DNA of 57,699 nucleotides from Clostridia bacterium (GCA_017439965.1 JAFSID010000076.1:1-57699), one strand, 5' to 3'; positions 25,198 to 35,387 are shown, counted from the stretch's first letter. Notes: generated by a model from the sequence alone, not told the origin. Numbers and translations: made by a program.

Positions 25198-27064
25198 ATG
25201 ACAAAAAGAAGCACTAAGCACTCTCTTCTTTTGAGTGCACTTTCCCTTCTTCTCTGTGCATCTATGCTTATCGGTACAACGTTTGCATGGTTTACCGACA
25301 GCGTAACGAGCACGGGAAACAAAATTCAGTCAGGTACGTTGGTGCTTGATCTTGAGCTTCTCACAAAGGACTCAAACGGCGATTACAACACCTGGAAATC
25401 CATCAAAGAGGACAAAACACCTATTTTCAACTATTCAAACTGGGAGCCGGGTTATACCGAGGTTAAGGTTCTCAGAGTACAGAACGAGGGCACACTTGCA
25501 CTCAAGTGGTACGCTAAGTTCGTAACCGATGCAGGCGTTAAGGTATCCGAGCTTGCAAAGGTAATCGACGTATATGTATGTCCCAGCGAAGCAGCGGCAA
25601 TTGCAATGCCTGACGGACGTGACCTTAAGGATTACACGCACGTCGGCACTCTCGACACCTTCCTTAACACGATTACCGAAACCACTAAGGGCACTCTTAT
25701 GCCCGAGGGTGACGTTAACAACAAGGACGAGGCTTATCTCGGAATTGCTCTTAAGATGCAGGAGTCTGCCGGCAACGAATATCAGAATTTAGACCTTGCA
25801 GGCGCATTTGACATTCAGATTCTCGCAACTCAGCTTGAGTATGAAGAGGACAGCTTCGATAAGGAATACGATAAGCCCGCTACATATCCCGCTATGTCAA
25901 CCGCTGTTACAGTTCCCGACACTGCAACAGCTCCCGTAACACTCAAAACAGACGACCTCTCCGTTGAGCTTCCCGCTGACCTTTTGAACTCCCTTCCCAG
26001 CGAGGTTGAGTCTCTCAAATTAGGTCACACCGATCCCGTTGTAAATGCGGATACCGAGTCTGTTACCTTTGATTCGGTTGAAATCTACGACCAGGACGGA
26101 AACGTCGTTGACCTTGAAGCATTAGGAAACACCGAGGCGTTTACCGCTACTCTTCCCGTAAGTGATTATTTTGATGACGGAGACGTAGTTAAGATTTTCC
26201 ACGACGGAGCTCAGATAAGTGAGGCTACCGTTACAAACGGCTCTATCACATATACAGCCACTCACTTCTGTGAGGTTACCGTTTCCAAAAAAGATATTCG
26301 TTACGGTAGTATTTTCCGACGGCTTTACCAAGAACTTTAACTCCCTCGGTAAAGCTATGAGATTCGGTTACAGTGGCGGAGCTCAGGAAAAAATCATAGT
26401 TAACGAAGACATTACCGAGGAAATGGGTTATCTCGAGGGTAACATCGTCTGCGGTAAAGAGGGTGGCGTTACCATCACTAACACAATCTACGATGAGTGG
26501 GTTTACTGTGACAGCACCAACTTTACTATCGGTGAAGGCGTTACCTACGACGTATCAGGAAACTTAAGCGGTCTCTTTGTTTACGGTGACGACTGCGTTA
26601 TAAACGGTACGGTTATTACTGACTGCTACTATCAGAGATATGCAGGCTCAAAGCTTACAATCAACGCTCCAGGTAGCATGAAGGTGAACACCGAAACCTT
26701 TATCCTTCGTTATACCGATTCTGATGCAAACGCAGGTATATACATCAACGGTGACAACGACGATTCAACCGTTGAGTTCAACCTCGCAGTTGCATACTTC
26801 TATCAGGGTATGATTTCCGCTAAGGATGCTACTCTCAAGGTAGGCACCTACTGGCAGACCAACGAAACAGACGGTATCGGTAGTGCAAACCTCGTTCTTG
26901 ACAACTCAAAGCTCACCGTTACAGTTAACGAGCACAACTTCAAGGCAACGGGCAACTCAAACGTTACCTTAAAGAACGGTAGTGTATTAGACGTTGCGGG
27001 CGGTATAACAACCACCAACGAAATCGTTGTTGATGAAACCAGCACCGTAAAAAGCGCAAGATAA
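25198..27064 (+). pseudogene. TasA/camelysin-like N-module + beta-helix-like C-module, split by a +1 frame change at an A6 run
   Basis: ORF 25198-26340 (SipW-type signal, WEPGYT, GNEYQ, ATQ motifs) continues in the +1 frame as ORF 26219-27064. That second ORF has no RBS, start or signal peptide of its own. The junction is at AAAAAA 26287-26292. The joined length matches paralogs 27267 and 29549. Confidence 0.7.
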
Positions 27065-27084
27065 ATTACACAAATTTATGCCTT

Positions 27085-27152
27085 CCCACTCCCCTCTCGG
27101 AGAGTGGGCGGCAATCAAAGAGCATAAACGAGCTTTGTGTTCTTTGATTGCC
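27085..27152 (+). repeat. H1-H2 double-hairpin element, copy 2
   Basis: Identical core to copy 1. Confidence 0.85.
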
Positions 27153-27266
27153 GGTGACGGCAAAAACGGTACTTATTCGGTACCGAGCTTAACTATGCCG
27201 TTTTGTCTTAAGGCTTTTACAAAACGGTTTAAACAAAAGCCAGAATTTAATAGGAGGTCATAAAAA

Positions 27267-29228
27267 ATGACGAAAAGAAGCACAAAGCATTCACTTATTT
27301 TGAGTGCACTTTCCCTTCTTCTCTGTGCATCTATGCTTATCGGTACAACGTTTGCATGGTTTACCGACAGCGTAACGAGCACGGGAAACATTATCAAGTC
27401 AGGTACTCTTGAAGTTGCTCTTGAGTGGGCAGAAGGTAATTTGGATCCTGCAACTACCACTTGGAATGATGCATCCGATTCCACAAAGCCTATCTTCAAC
27501 AACGATCTTTGGGAGCCCGGCTACACAGAAAGCAAGCACGTTAAGATTTCCAACAACGGCAGCCTTGCATTCAATTATATGCTCCGTATTGTTCCCAACG
27601 GTGCGGTAAGCACTCTTGCAGACGTTATCGACGTTTACTACTTCGAAGACGCAAAGCAGCTTACCCGTACAGACGTTGAGACCGGTGAGTATCTTGGTAC
27701 TCTCACCGAGCTTTTCGGTACCGCCAAGAACATTTCCAACACCGTTAAGGGCACTCTTTATTCCAAGGATGACGCTAACGGCAATCCTTCCTCCAAGACC
27801 TGCACTATCGCTCTTAAGATGAAGGAATCCGCAGGCAACGAGTATCAGGACCTTGCAATCGGCTCTGACTTCAACGTTGAGGTTATTGCAACTCAGCTCG
27901 CATACGAGATTGACAGCTTTGACAAGGATTATGATATTGCCGCTCCCTCTCCCGAGCTTCCCAGCGCACTTGTAAGACCCCTTGTAGATCTCGGCATTGA
28001 TACAACGGGAAGTATGATCGGTGCTGACCTCGGTCTCATCAATCTTGACGTCGGATACCAGTTTGAGCCCACTGAATCATATAGTGATGCACAAAAGTCC
28101 GATTACAGATACTGGCACGCAGACTTTGTAGTAAAGGCTGATGCAGAAGTTCCTGCAGACAGTATGGCTCTTGCAGGTTATTATGATGCTTGGTGCTCAC
28201 TTAACAACGACAAGTGGGTTGCCCTTACATCTGACCAGGAGATTGCTGCAGGCACTGAGATTCGTCTCGTATCCTCCATTGCTTACGTAAATTATGAAGA
28301 AATCTGTAACTACGGCAACGACGGAATCGGTTTCCGTTGCGGCGCAGTTGACCGCACAGGTGAAAACGTAGGCACTACTCTCACAGTTGAGTTCCGTCTT
28401 TATGAGACCTTATCCGCAGAAGAAGCAATTAAGCAGGGATATGGCAACACTACCAACGTTGAGACCGGCAATTACATTGTAGTAGGAGAATTCAAGTACA
28501 CCTTCGGTGGAGACTATGAGACTCTCGATGACGGCACGGTTCTCTTCAACAATGACAACGGTGACGTAGTTCTTTATGATACCCAGAGTGCTACTATCGT
28601 AGGCGGTACCTACGAGGTTCCCGAAGGCGTTACCACTCTCGGAAACTACTCTCTCAGCTACAATACCGACATTGAAAACGTTATTCTTCCCGAGACTGTA
28701 ACTACCCTCGGTCGTGCATTTGACTCTTCTACATCTGTTAAGAAGGTAGTTCTTAACGAAGGTCTTGAGACAATCGATTCCCGTGCGTTTAAATCAACCA
28801 CGGCTCTTGAAGAGGTTATAATTTCCTCCACCGTTAAAACGATTGCTGACAACGCCTTCCAAAAGTCAGGCATTAAGAACATAGTTATTCCCGCAACGGT
28901 AGAAACAATCGGTGAAACTGCTTTCGGCGCTTCCTTGATTGAAACAATTACCTTTGAGGGCAACACTTCCATTCAGGGCTATGCTTTCCGCGGATGTACC
29001 CAGCTCAGAGAGGTGTACCTCAACGGCGATGACGTAACATTCATTCCTTCCACTCTCAACGGAAGAAACTCGTGCTGGTTCTGTAACGGCGAATCCAACA
29101 ACCCCAACACAAGTGACATCGACTTCTACGTTGTAAACGATACTGTTGCAGCAAGAGTTAAGACTGCAATGGGTGCTGAAGCAAACAACACCGACGTTTA
29201 CGTTAACGGTGTACCTTACAATCCGTAA
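27267..29228 (+). CDS. TasA/camelysin-like N-module fused to a BspA-type leucine-rich-repeat (LRR_5) adhesin module
   Basis: MTKRSTKHSLILSALSLLLCASMLIGTTFAWFTD, WEPGYT, GNEYQ...ATQ. C-terminal repeats are of the type VILPETVTTLGRAFDSSTSVKKVVLNEGLETIDSRAFKSTTALEEVIISSTVKTIADNAF. Confidence 0.8.
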   Translation: MTKRSTKHSLILSALSLLLCASMLIGTTFAWFTDSVTSTGNIIKSGTLEVALEWAEGNLDPATTTWNDASDSTKPIFNNDLWEPGYTESKHVKISNNGSLAFNYMLRIVPNGAVSTLADVIDVYYFEDAKQLTRTDVETGEYLGTLTELFGTAKNISNTVKGTLYSKDDANGNPSSKTCTIALKMKESAGNEYQDLAIGSDFNVEVIATQLAYEIDSFDKDYDIAAPSPELPSALVRPLVDLGIDTTGSMIGADLGLINLDVGYQFEPTESYSDAQKSDYRYWHADFVVKADAEVPADSMALAGYYDAWCSLNNDKWVALTSDQEIAAGTEIRLVSSIAYVNYEEICNYGNDGIGFRCGAVDRTGENVGTTLTVEFRLYETLSAEEAIKQGYGNTTNVETGNYIVVGEFKYTFGGDYETLDDGTVLFNNDNGDVVLYDTQSATIVGGTYEVPEGVTTLGNYSLSYNTDIENVILPETVTTLGRAFDSSTSVKKVVLNEGLETIDSRAFKSTTALEEVIISSTVKTIADNAFQKSGIKNIVIPATVETIGETAFGASLIETITFEGNTSIQGYAFRGCTQLREVYLNGDDVTFIPSTLNGRNSCWFCNGESNNPNTSDIDFYVVNDTVAARVKTAMGAEANNTDVYVNGVPYNP

Positions 29229-29243
29229 TCATTCACCTGCCTC

Positions 29244-29307
29244 CCCACTCCGCAAGGAGTGGGCGGCAATCAAAGAGCATAAACGCGGTTTGTGTTCTTT
29301 GATTGCT
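29244..29307 (+). repeat. H1-H2 double-hairpin element, copy 3
   Basis: H1 has a GCAA loop. H2 has a closing C-G pair (AAAC-GCG-GTTT). Confidence 0.85.
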
Positions 29308-29548
29308 GGTAACAGCAATTAAACTACCGAATCCGTATATTGACGGACTTCGTATTTGAAAGGAGGACGCCTTTATGAAAATTGAATATTCGTCAGTTTG
29401 CACAACGGGGGGGTGTTTGTCACCTTCGTTTTGTGGAAATTGCACAACACTTCACAGAGGCGGACTCATACGCTTTAAGTCACCTCTGTCTGTCGGCATT
29501 AGCGGAGAGTGGCTCCACCAAATGCCGCATTAGGAGGTCATTTAAGAT

Positions 29549-32149
29549 ATGACAAAAAGAAGCACAAGGCACTCTCTTCTTATGAGTGCAATCTCCCTTC
29601 TTCTTTGTGTATCTATGCTTATCGGTACGACGTTTGCATGGTTTACCGACAGCGTAACGAGCACGGGAAACATTATTAAGTCAGGTACTCTTGACGTATC
29701 ACTCGAATGGCTTGGAAGAGATGCCGATCCGACAAGTGATACGGCAGCTTGGAAAAACGCTGCTGAAGGAGCGATTTTCGATTATGACCGTTGGGAGCCC
29801 GGTTATACCGAGGTACGCCACGTAAAGATTGAAAACGAGGGCACTCTTGCTCTTAAATATCAGCTTAACATTATTCCCAGTGGTGAATTGACCGAGGACG
29901 GTGTAAAGCTCGCCGACGTAATAGACGTATATTACATCGACCCTGCAATCAAGGTTGAAGAAGACGACAGAGCAGTTTTCAACGAAAGCAACAGGCTTGG
30001 CACTCTCACCCAAGCACTTAACGGTATTTCCGCCACCGCAAACGGAACGCTTGCTTCCGGCGACAAGGAAATAATAACACTTGCTCTTAAAATGCAGGAA
30101 TCTGCAGGTAATGAATATCAAGACAAGACTGTTGGTACAGATTTTGCAATCCAGCTTCTTGCGACCCAGCTTGATTATGAGTCTGACTCATTTGACGAAA
30201 CCTACGACGAGGGCATTACTTACACAAACGGTGCATTATACAGACTTATCGGTAGCGACCTCACTCTCATTGAGGTAGGCGAGGATTATGACGGAACCGT
30301 TCTCAACGTAGCAGAGGGATGTACCGTAATCGGACACTCTGCACTTGCAGGTAACACAACGATTGAAACGGTAATACTTTCCTCGACCGTAAAGGTTGTT
30401 GACGATTATGCGTTCTCTCAGTCAAAGGTTTCTACGGTTGTTCTCAATGAAGGTCTTGAAAAGATTGGCAACCGAGCATTCCAGAAGAATGAAAACCTTA
30501 CCTCAATCGTTCTCCCCTCAACGCTTACAACTATTGATGCTTACGCATTCCAGCAGACCGGCTTAACAGATATAACCGTTCCCGAAAGCGTAACTGAAAT
30601 CAATACGGGCGCTTTTGCCTACAACAACAGCCTTGAGACAATCATCATCAACGGCAATCCCGTAATCGGTAACGGAGCGGGCACAAACTACGTTGCACGC
30701 GCATGTAAGAATCTTAAATCGGTATATATTCTCGGCGAGCCCACCTACGCAACGACAGGTATGACCTTCACTAACGCGGAGAGCGGAAACGCATCCGGCA
30801 TTACCTTCTACGTAGCAAGTCAGAAGGCTGCCGACGACCTTATCGCAGCGAGCGCAAACAGTGTGGCATACGGTATGAACGTAGTTGTAATGGATGCCGT
30901 TGACACAACCGCAAACATTGACGACGTTCTCACCACTGCGGCTGATAATTCTAACATTTATCTTTCCGCAGGAGAATACACTATCACAAAGTCCAATCAG
31001 CTTGCAGACAATCTGACCGTTATCTGTGAGGACGGTGTTACAATCAACGTTAAAGACAACTGGTCGGGCTCATACAAGGGCTGTCTCGTTGGTGATGGCT
31101 TAACGCTCATCAACGCAAACGTCGGTGATATAGTAGCAAGCAACGTAACCTTCGTTGATTGTACCTTCCCTAACGGTTTTTACGGATCAGAGGGTAACCT
31201 CAATCTCACTCTTACAAATTGTACCGTTAACGGAAAGCTTCACTTTGTTGAATACGGTACCAACACTACTACAATTACAAACACCTCTGTAACCGAGGCT
31301 GAATATTACAGCGCAGGAGACGTTGAGTTCGTAGGTTGTACAATCGGCACTCTCGCACCCGTAAACACCGATACCGTTCTTACGGGATGTACAGTTAACG
31401 AATATGACCTTGATAACATAGGAAGCGCTTCTCTTGTTGTAGACGGCTCACACTGTGCAGCAAACGCCGGTATGCTCAAGTCAGCCTTGACTTCAGGAGC
31501 CTCCAACGTTTCGGTTATAGGCGATATTACTTTAACGGAAGGATTTGCTCCCTCTAATTCCACTGTAACCATCAACGGTATTACAGAGGATGCGGCTATC
31601 AACTTCAACGGTCATAATATCGCAGAGAATAACACCATCACTTATAAAAACCTCAAGCTTTCTACCGTTTCTCTCCCCAATGACGGAACAAACGGCGAAA
31701 GATACGGATGGTATGGCGGTATTGACTATACCCGTCACGCAATCGCTAACTACGAAAACTGTACTATCACGGGTGTATTCACACTTTACAGCAACACAGT
31801 AAACGTTGATACTTGTACCTTCCTTCCCTACGTTCAGGACGGAGAAGAATTCTATCACATCTTCCAGTACGGAACTTCTGTTGCAAACATCAAAAACAGC
31901 ACCTTCTACTACGGCGACAGAGCTATAAAGATTTATAACGAGGGCGGTACAAAGGACGTTACTATGAACGTTATCGGCTGTACCTTTAAGCCTGCAGAAA
32001 ACTACACGCTCAACAAGGTGCTTATCAACATTGACCCCTCCGCACTCAATAGCGTAACGCTCAACGTTGAGGGTATAAACGTTGACAGTGCTTTAAGTAG
32101 CTTGGATATCTACAACGCAAACTCCAAGACTACCGCTACAATCAAGTAA
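29549..32149 (+). CDS. TasA/camelysin-like N-module + BspA-type LRR + beta-helix-like C-terminal module (largest putative adhesin)
   Basis: Same signal and N-module as 25198 and 27267. LRR_5-type repeats (VILSSTVKVVDDYAFSQSKVSTVVLNEGLEKIGNRAF...). Then N/T/G-rich repeats with periodic C-T-(V/F). Confidence 0.8.
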   Translation: MTKRSTRHSLLMSAISLLLCVSMLIGTTFAWFTDSVTSTGNIIKSGTLDVSLEWLGRDADPTSDTAAWKNAAEGAIFDYDRWEPGYTEVRHVKIENEGTLALKYQLNIIPSGELTEDGVKLADVIDVYYIDPAIKVEEDDRAVFNESNRLGTLTQALNGISATANGTLASGDKEIITLALKMQESAGNEYQDKTVGTDFAIQLLATQLDYESDSFDETYDEGITYTNGALYRLIGSDLTLIEVGEDYDGTVLNVAEGCTVIGHSALAGNTTIETVILSSTVKVVDDYAFSQSKVSTVVLNEGLEKIGNRAFQKNENLTSIVLPSTLTTIDAYAFQQTGLTDITVPESVTEINTGAFAYNNSLETIIINGNPVIGNGAGTNYVARACKNLKSVYILGEPTYATTGMTFTNAESGNASGITFYVASQKAADDLIAASANSVAYGMNVVVMDAVDTTANIDDVLTTAADNSNIYLSAGEYTITKSNQLADNLTVICEDGVTINVKDNWSGSYKGCLVGDGLTLINANVGDIVASNVTFVDCTFPNGFYGSEGNLNLTLTNCTVNGKLHFVEYGTNTTTITNTSVTEAEYYSAGDVEFVGCTIGTLAPVNTDTVLTGCTVNEYDLDNIGSASLVVDGSHCAANAGMLKSALTSGASNVSVIGDITLTEGFAPSNSTVTINGITEDAAINFNGHNIAENNTITYKNLKLSTVSLPNDGTNGERYGWYGGIDYTRHAIANYENCTITGVFTLYSNTVNVDTCTFLPYVQDGEEFYHIFQYGTSVANIKNSTFYYGDRAIKIYNEGGTKDVTMNVIGCTFKPAENYTLNKVLINIDPSALNSVTLNVEGINVDSALSSLDIYNANSKTTATIK

Positions 32150-32161
32150 TTTTCTTGCCTC

Positions 32162-32225
32162 CCCACTCCGCAAGGAGTGGGCGGCAATCAAAGAGCATAA
32201 ACGAGCTTTGTGTTCTTTGATTGCC
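32162..32225 (+). repeat. H1-H2 double-hairpin element, copy 4
   Basis: Same as copy 3 in H1 and as copies 1/2 in H2. Lies 12 nt after the stop at 32149. Confidence 0.85.
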
Positions 32226-32439
32226 GTGAAAACGGCAAATGCTCAAAGGCTGATAAGCGTCAGGCATCTATCCCACATAGACCAGACGCATTAAGGCTTT
32301 TAAGCATATTTTCACCTTTATACTGTCCCTCCTTTCCCACAAGGGAGGGATGGTATACAAAGCATTGGCTTCGAAAAAAGCAAAAAACGTTTTATTTATC
32401 TTGAACGTAAAAATAATCATTAAAAATCTTTACTTTTTA

Positions 32440-32468
32440 TTGCCTTACGCGAAAAAAAGTGTTATAAT
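32440..32468 (+). promoter_or_regulatory. internal sigma-A promoter for the distal half of the fibre locus
   Basis: TTGCCT 32440-32445, 17-nt spacer ending in TGT, TATAAT 32463-32468. A perfect 10-bp-arm palindrome GTCGAAATTC-AA-GAATTTCGAC lies at 32497-32518 in the leader. Confidence 0.55.
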
Positions 32469-32583
32469 ATTATGAGGACTATAACGATAATCGAAAGTCG
32501 AAATTCAAGAATTTCGACAGCAAAGCTTTGTTTTATCTTTTTCATTGACACATAAATTGCTGATATATTCAAAAGGAGGTCTT

Positions 32584-33159
32584 GTGTTGAATAAGTTTAA
32601 CAGACTTAAGCTTAAATTTTTAACAATCGCTATCGTTGCAATACTTTTCACCTCTATCACTCAAGGCTCTCTCGCTTATTTCTCCACAATAGGTAAAGCG
32701 ACAAACGTCATCACCTCGGGTGACATACAGATGAAAATCCACGAAAAGACCGACCAGGGAACAGACTTCCCCGTTGACGGCGTTTATATCATCCCCGGAG
32801 ACGTTGTCAGTAAGCAGGTCAGCGTTGAAAACATCTGTGAACAGCCCTTCTATCTCAGAGTTAAGATAGTTTACGGAATTGACTCTCAGGAGCTTCCGAG
32901 CAAGGAATGCTTCAAGCTTAACATCAACGAGACCGATTGGCAGCTCGTTGACGGCTGGTATTACTACAAGAGCGTACTTGAGCCCGGACAAACTACTCCC
33001 CTCGTATTCTCACACGTCGAGATAGTCGGTGACAGCGTTGACAACGCATACATCGGAAAAACTCTTACCTTAACGGTAAAGGCTCAGGCAGTACAGTCCA
33101 AGAACAACCCCATTGTCGGCACGGACACCTATACCGCATCAGGCTGGCCAGAGGATTAA
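32584..33159 (+). CDS. small SipW-dependent BsaA/TasA-like fibre subunit candidate
   Basis: AAAGGAGG, then GTG 32584 / TTG 32587. ...ITQGSLAYFST signal. PGDVVSKQVSVEN...FYLRVKIV...VKAQAVQSKNN core, similar to 23812. Confidence 0.75.
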   Translation: MLNKFNRLKLKFLTIAIVAILFTSITQGSLAYFSTIGKATNVITSGDIQMKIHEKTDQGTDFPVDGVYIIPGDVVSKQVSVENICEQPFYLRVKIVYGIDSQELPSKECFKLNINETDWQLVDGWYYYKSVLEPGQTTPLVFSHVEIVGDSVDNAYIGKTLTLTVKAQAVQSKNNPIVGTDTYTASGWPED

Positions 33160-33171
33160 GGTGGTGGAAAT

Positions 33172-34710
33172 ATGAAGAAATTTAGAATTTTATTTACCCT
33201 TCTTATCCTTTGCACACTGCTTGCGACAACGGTTTGTGCACAGAATGCAAGAGTTGTATTTCGCGGACACGACACGGGCTTTGAATTTATCCCCGGTACA
33301 AGCTATTCGACAACCGACCTCTTTCCCGATTTCAAGGAGGTTATGCCTGGTGATACCTTCACTCAAAAAATCACCGTGTCAAATAAGGGCTCGGGAGATT
33401 ACAAAACGCTGATTTATATGAGAGCGCTCGGTGCTCACGCAGACTCGGAGGATTTTCTCTCTCAGCTAAGACTCAAGGTTGACCTTGTGGACGCAGACCC
33501 TACGAATTATTTATTCGATGCCCCTGCAAGTCAGACCGCAACGCTTACCGATTGGGTGCTTATCGGCTCTCTCTATCTCAACGGCGAGGTAGATTTGAAC
33601 GTAACTCTTGAGATTCCGAAGGAGCTTGACACAAAGTATCAAAACAAAATCGGATTTCTTGATTGGGAATTTTTAGCCGAGGAATATCCGATAAATCCAG
33701 TACGACCCGATGAGCCCAAGCCTCCCGTTACGCCCACCAAGAAGGACGTAAACGTGCAGGTAGTATGGGTTGACAACGACAATGCATACGGCAAGCGTCC
33801 CGAGAGCGTTAACGTTGAGCTTATGCTTGATGACAAGACGGTTGACAAGGCTGAAATCAATTCCGACGGCAACTGGACACACACCTTTGAAAAGGTATCC
33901 TCGGGTGAGGATTTTACAGTTGTACAGAACACGGTTGACGGATATACGACAACGTATTCGGGTAACGCCAAGGACGGCTTCGTTATCACAAACACCTACA
34001 AGGCACCCGTTGTACCCGAAAAGGATGACGTTCACGTTCAAATCGTTTGGGTTGACAACAACAACGAAAAGGGCAAGCGTCCCGAGAGCGTTAAGATTGA
34101 CCTTATCGCAGACGGAAAAACGGTCAGCAGTGCCGACGTAACCGCTGACGGCTTATGGAAGCATATTTTTGAAAAAGTTTCCTCGGGCGAGGAATTTTCC
34201 GTTATACAAAACGCCGTTGACGGATATACGACCGAATATTCGGGTAACGCCAAGGACGGCTTCGTTATCACTAATACACGCATTCCCGAGGTTAAGGACA
34301 TCGCAGTCGAAATCGTTTGGAATGATAACGGCAACGAGGACGGCAAGCGTCCCGAGAGCGTTACGGTACAGATAATCTCCGACGGAAAGATTGTCGGAAG
34401 CGCAACTCTTACAGAGGAAAACGGCTGGAAGCATATATTTGAAAATATGGACGCTGACAGCGAATATACGGTGATACAAAACACCGTTGACGGATATACC
34501 ACGTCATATTCGGGCAATTCAGACAGCGGATTTATCATAACAAACGATTACGTCGAGCCTGAAGAGCCTACGCCGCCTGCAACGGGTGATACCACTCACC
34601 TTCCCGTTTGGATTGCAACAGCGTCAATTTCATTCGCACTTATGCTCGTTCTCATAATTTTCTTGATTCTTTCAAAGAAGAGAGAGGACGAAGAGCAAAA
34701 GAACAACTGA
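33172..34710 (+). CDS. cell-wall-anchored stalk protein: BsaA-like N-domain + 3 Cna-B repeats + PPATG sorting signal
   Basis: Sec-type signal (..TTVCAQNA). Three 91-93-aa repeats V.V.W.D..N..GKRPESV...DG...W.H.F...TV.QN.VDGYTT.YSG. C-terminus PPATGD + TM helix + KKREDEE. Confidence 0.85.
   Translation: MKKFRILFTLLILCTLLATTVCAQNARVVFRGHDTGFEFIPGTSYSTTDLFPDFKEVMPGDTFTQKITVSNKGSGDYKTLIYMRALGAHADSEDFLSQLRLKVDLVDADPTNYLFDAPASQTATLTDWVLIGSLYLNGEVDLNVTLEIPKELDTKYQNKIGFLDWEFLAEEYPINPVRPDEPKPPVTPTKKDVNVQVVWVDNDNAYGKRPESVNVELMLDDKTVDKAEINSDGNWTHTFEKVSSGEDFTVVQNTVDGYTTTYSGNAKDGFVITNTYKAPVVPEKDDVHVQIVWVDNNNEKGKRPESVKIDLIADGKTVSSADVTADGLWKHIFEKVSSGEEFSVIQNAVDGYTTEYSGNAKDGFVITNTRIPEVKDIAVEIVWNDNGNEDGKRPESVTVQIISDGKIVGSATLTEENGWKHIFENMDADSEYTVIQNTVDGYTTSYSGNSDSGFIITNDYVEPEEPTPPATGDTTHLPVWIATASISFALMLVLIIFLILSKKREDEEQKNN
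33742..34552 (+). repeat. three tandem Cna-B-coding repeats (279/273-nt period)
   Basis: Repeat starts at 33742, 34021 and 34294 (AAG GAC/GAT ...). High nucleotide similarity between units. Confidence 0.8.
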
Positions 34711-34730
34711 TTTAAGGAGGAAAATGCAAT

Positions 34731-35387
34731 ATGGCTACAATGGATAAGAGCAAAAAGATAAAGCGATTTGCGTTTATCCTCAGTATTTGCTTATGCGTAT
34801 TATGGGGCGTTTTAGGCACAGGCGCATCTCTTGCCTGGTTCAGTGATGACTCAGGAGAGCTTAAAAACGTATTCCACTTTGCAGAATTTGACCTTCAGGT
34901 ATTCCATTATACCGAGGACGAAAAATGGGAAGAAATCGAAGCCGACACAGAGGTTTTCGATAATCAAGCGTTATACGAGCCTGGATATACTCAAACCATC
35001 TATTTAAAGGTCGTTAATAACGGTGACGTTCCGTTTGACTGGTATACAGCGGTTTCTGCTTACAGAATAGTAAAAGGAATCAACGTATACGGCGACGAAT
35101 TTAATCTACAAGACCATTTAAGGTTTGGACTTGTAAATGATGACAGCTTTGACACTCTTCAAAGCAAGGTTGCAACGCGTGAGCTTGCAAGAGAGTCGGC
35201 AAACGAGCCTTTGGGCAATTACTCCTCCAACAGCGTAGAGCTTGGCGCAGGTGGAACGACATACCTCGCACTCACAGTTCATATGCCCGAGGAGGTAACC
35301 AACGTTGCCAACTACAAGCATCCGCACCAGCCCGAAATTTATCTCAACGTTATAGTATACGCAACGCAACAAAAGAAACAACCTTAA
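34731..35387 (+). CDS. small TasA/camelysin-like SipW-dependent protein
   Basis: ...GTGASLAWFSDD signal, YEPGYTQTIYLKVVNNGDVPF, C-terminal ...VYATQ. Confidence 0.75.
   Translation: MATMDKSKKIKRFAFILSICLCVLWGVLGTGASLAWFSDDSGELKNVFHFAEFDLQVFHYTEDEKWEEIEADTEVFDNQALYEPGYTQTIYLKVVNNGDVPFDWYTAVSAYRIVKGINVYGDEFNLQDHLRFGLVNDDSFDTLQSKVATRELARESANEPLGNYSSNSVELGAGGTTYLALTVHMPEEVTNVANYKHPHQPEIYLNVIVYATQQKKQP

Noticed and set aside
27078..27263. ORF 27078-27263 (+), ORF 29233-29445 (-), and the N-terminal extension of the sortase ORF (37126-37269).
   Set aside because: All run through the non-coding H1-H2 or leader repeats. They have no RBS, and the sortase has a clean AAAGGAG-ATG start at 37270.
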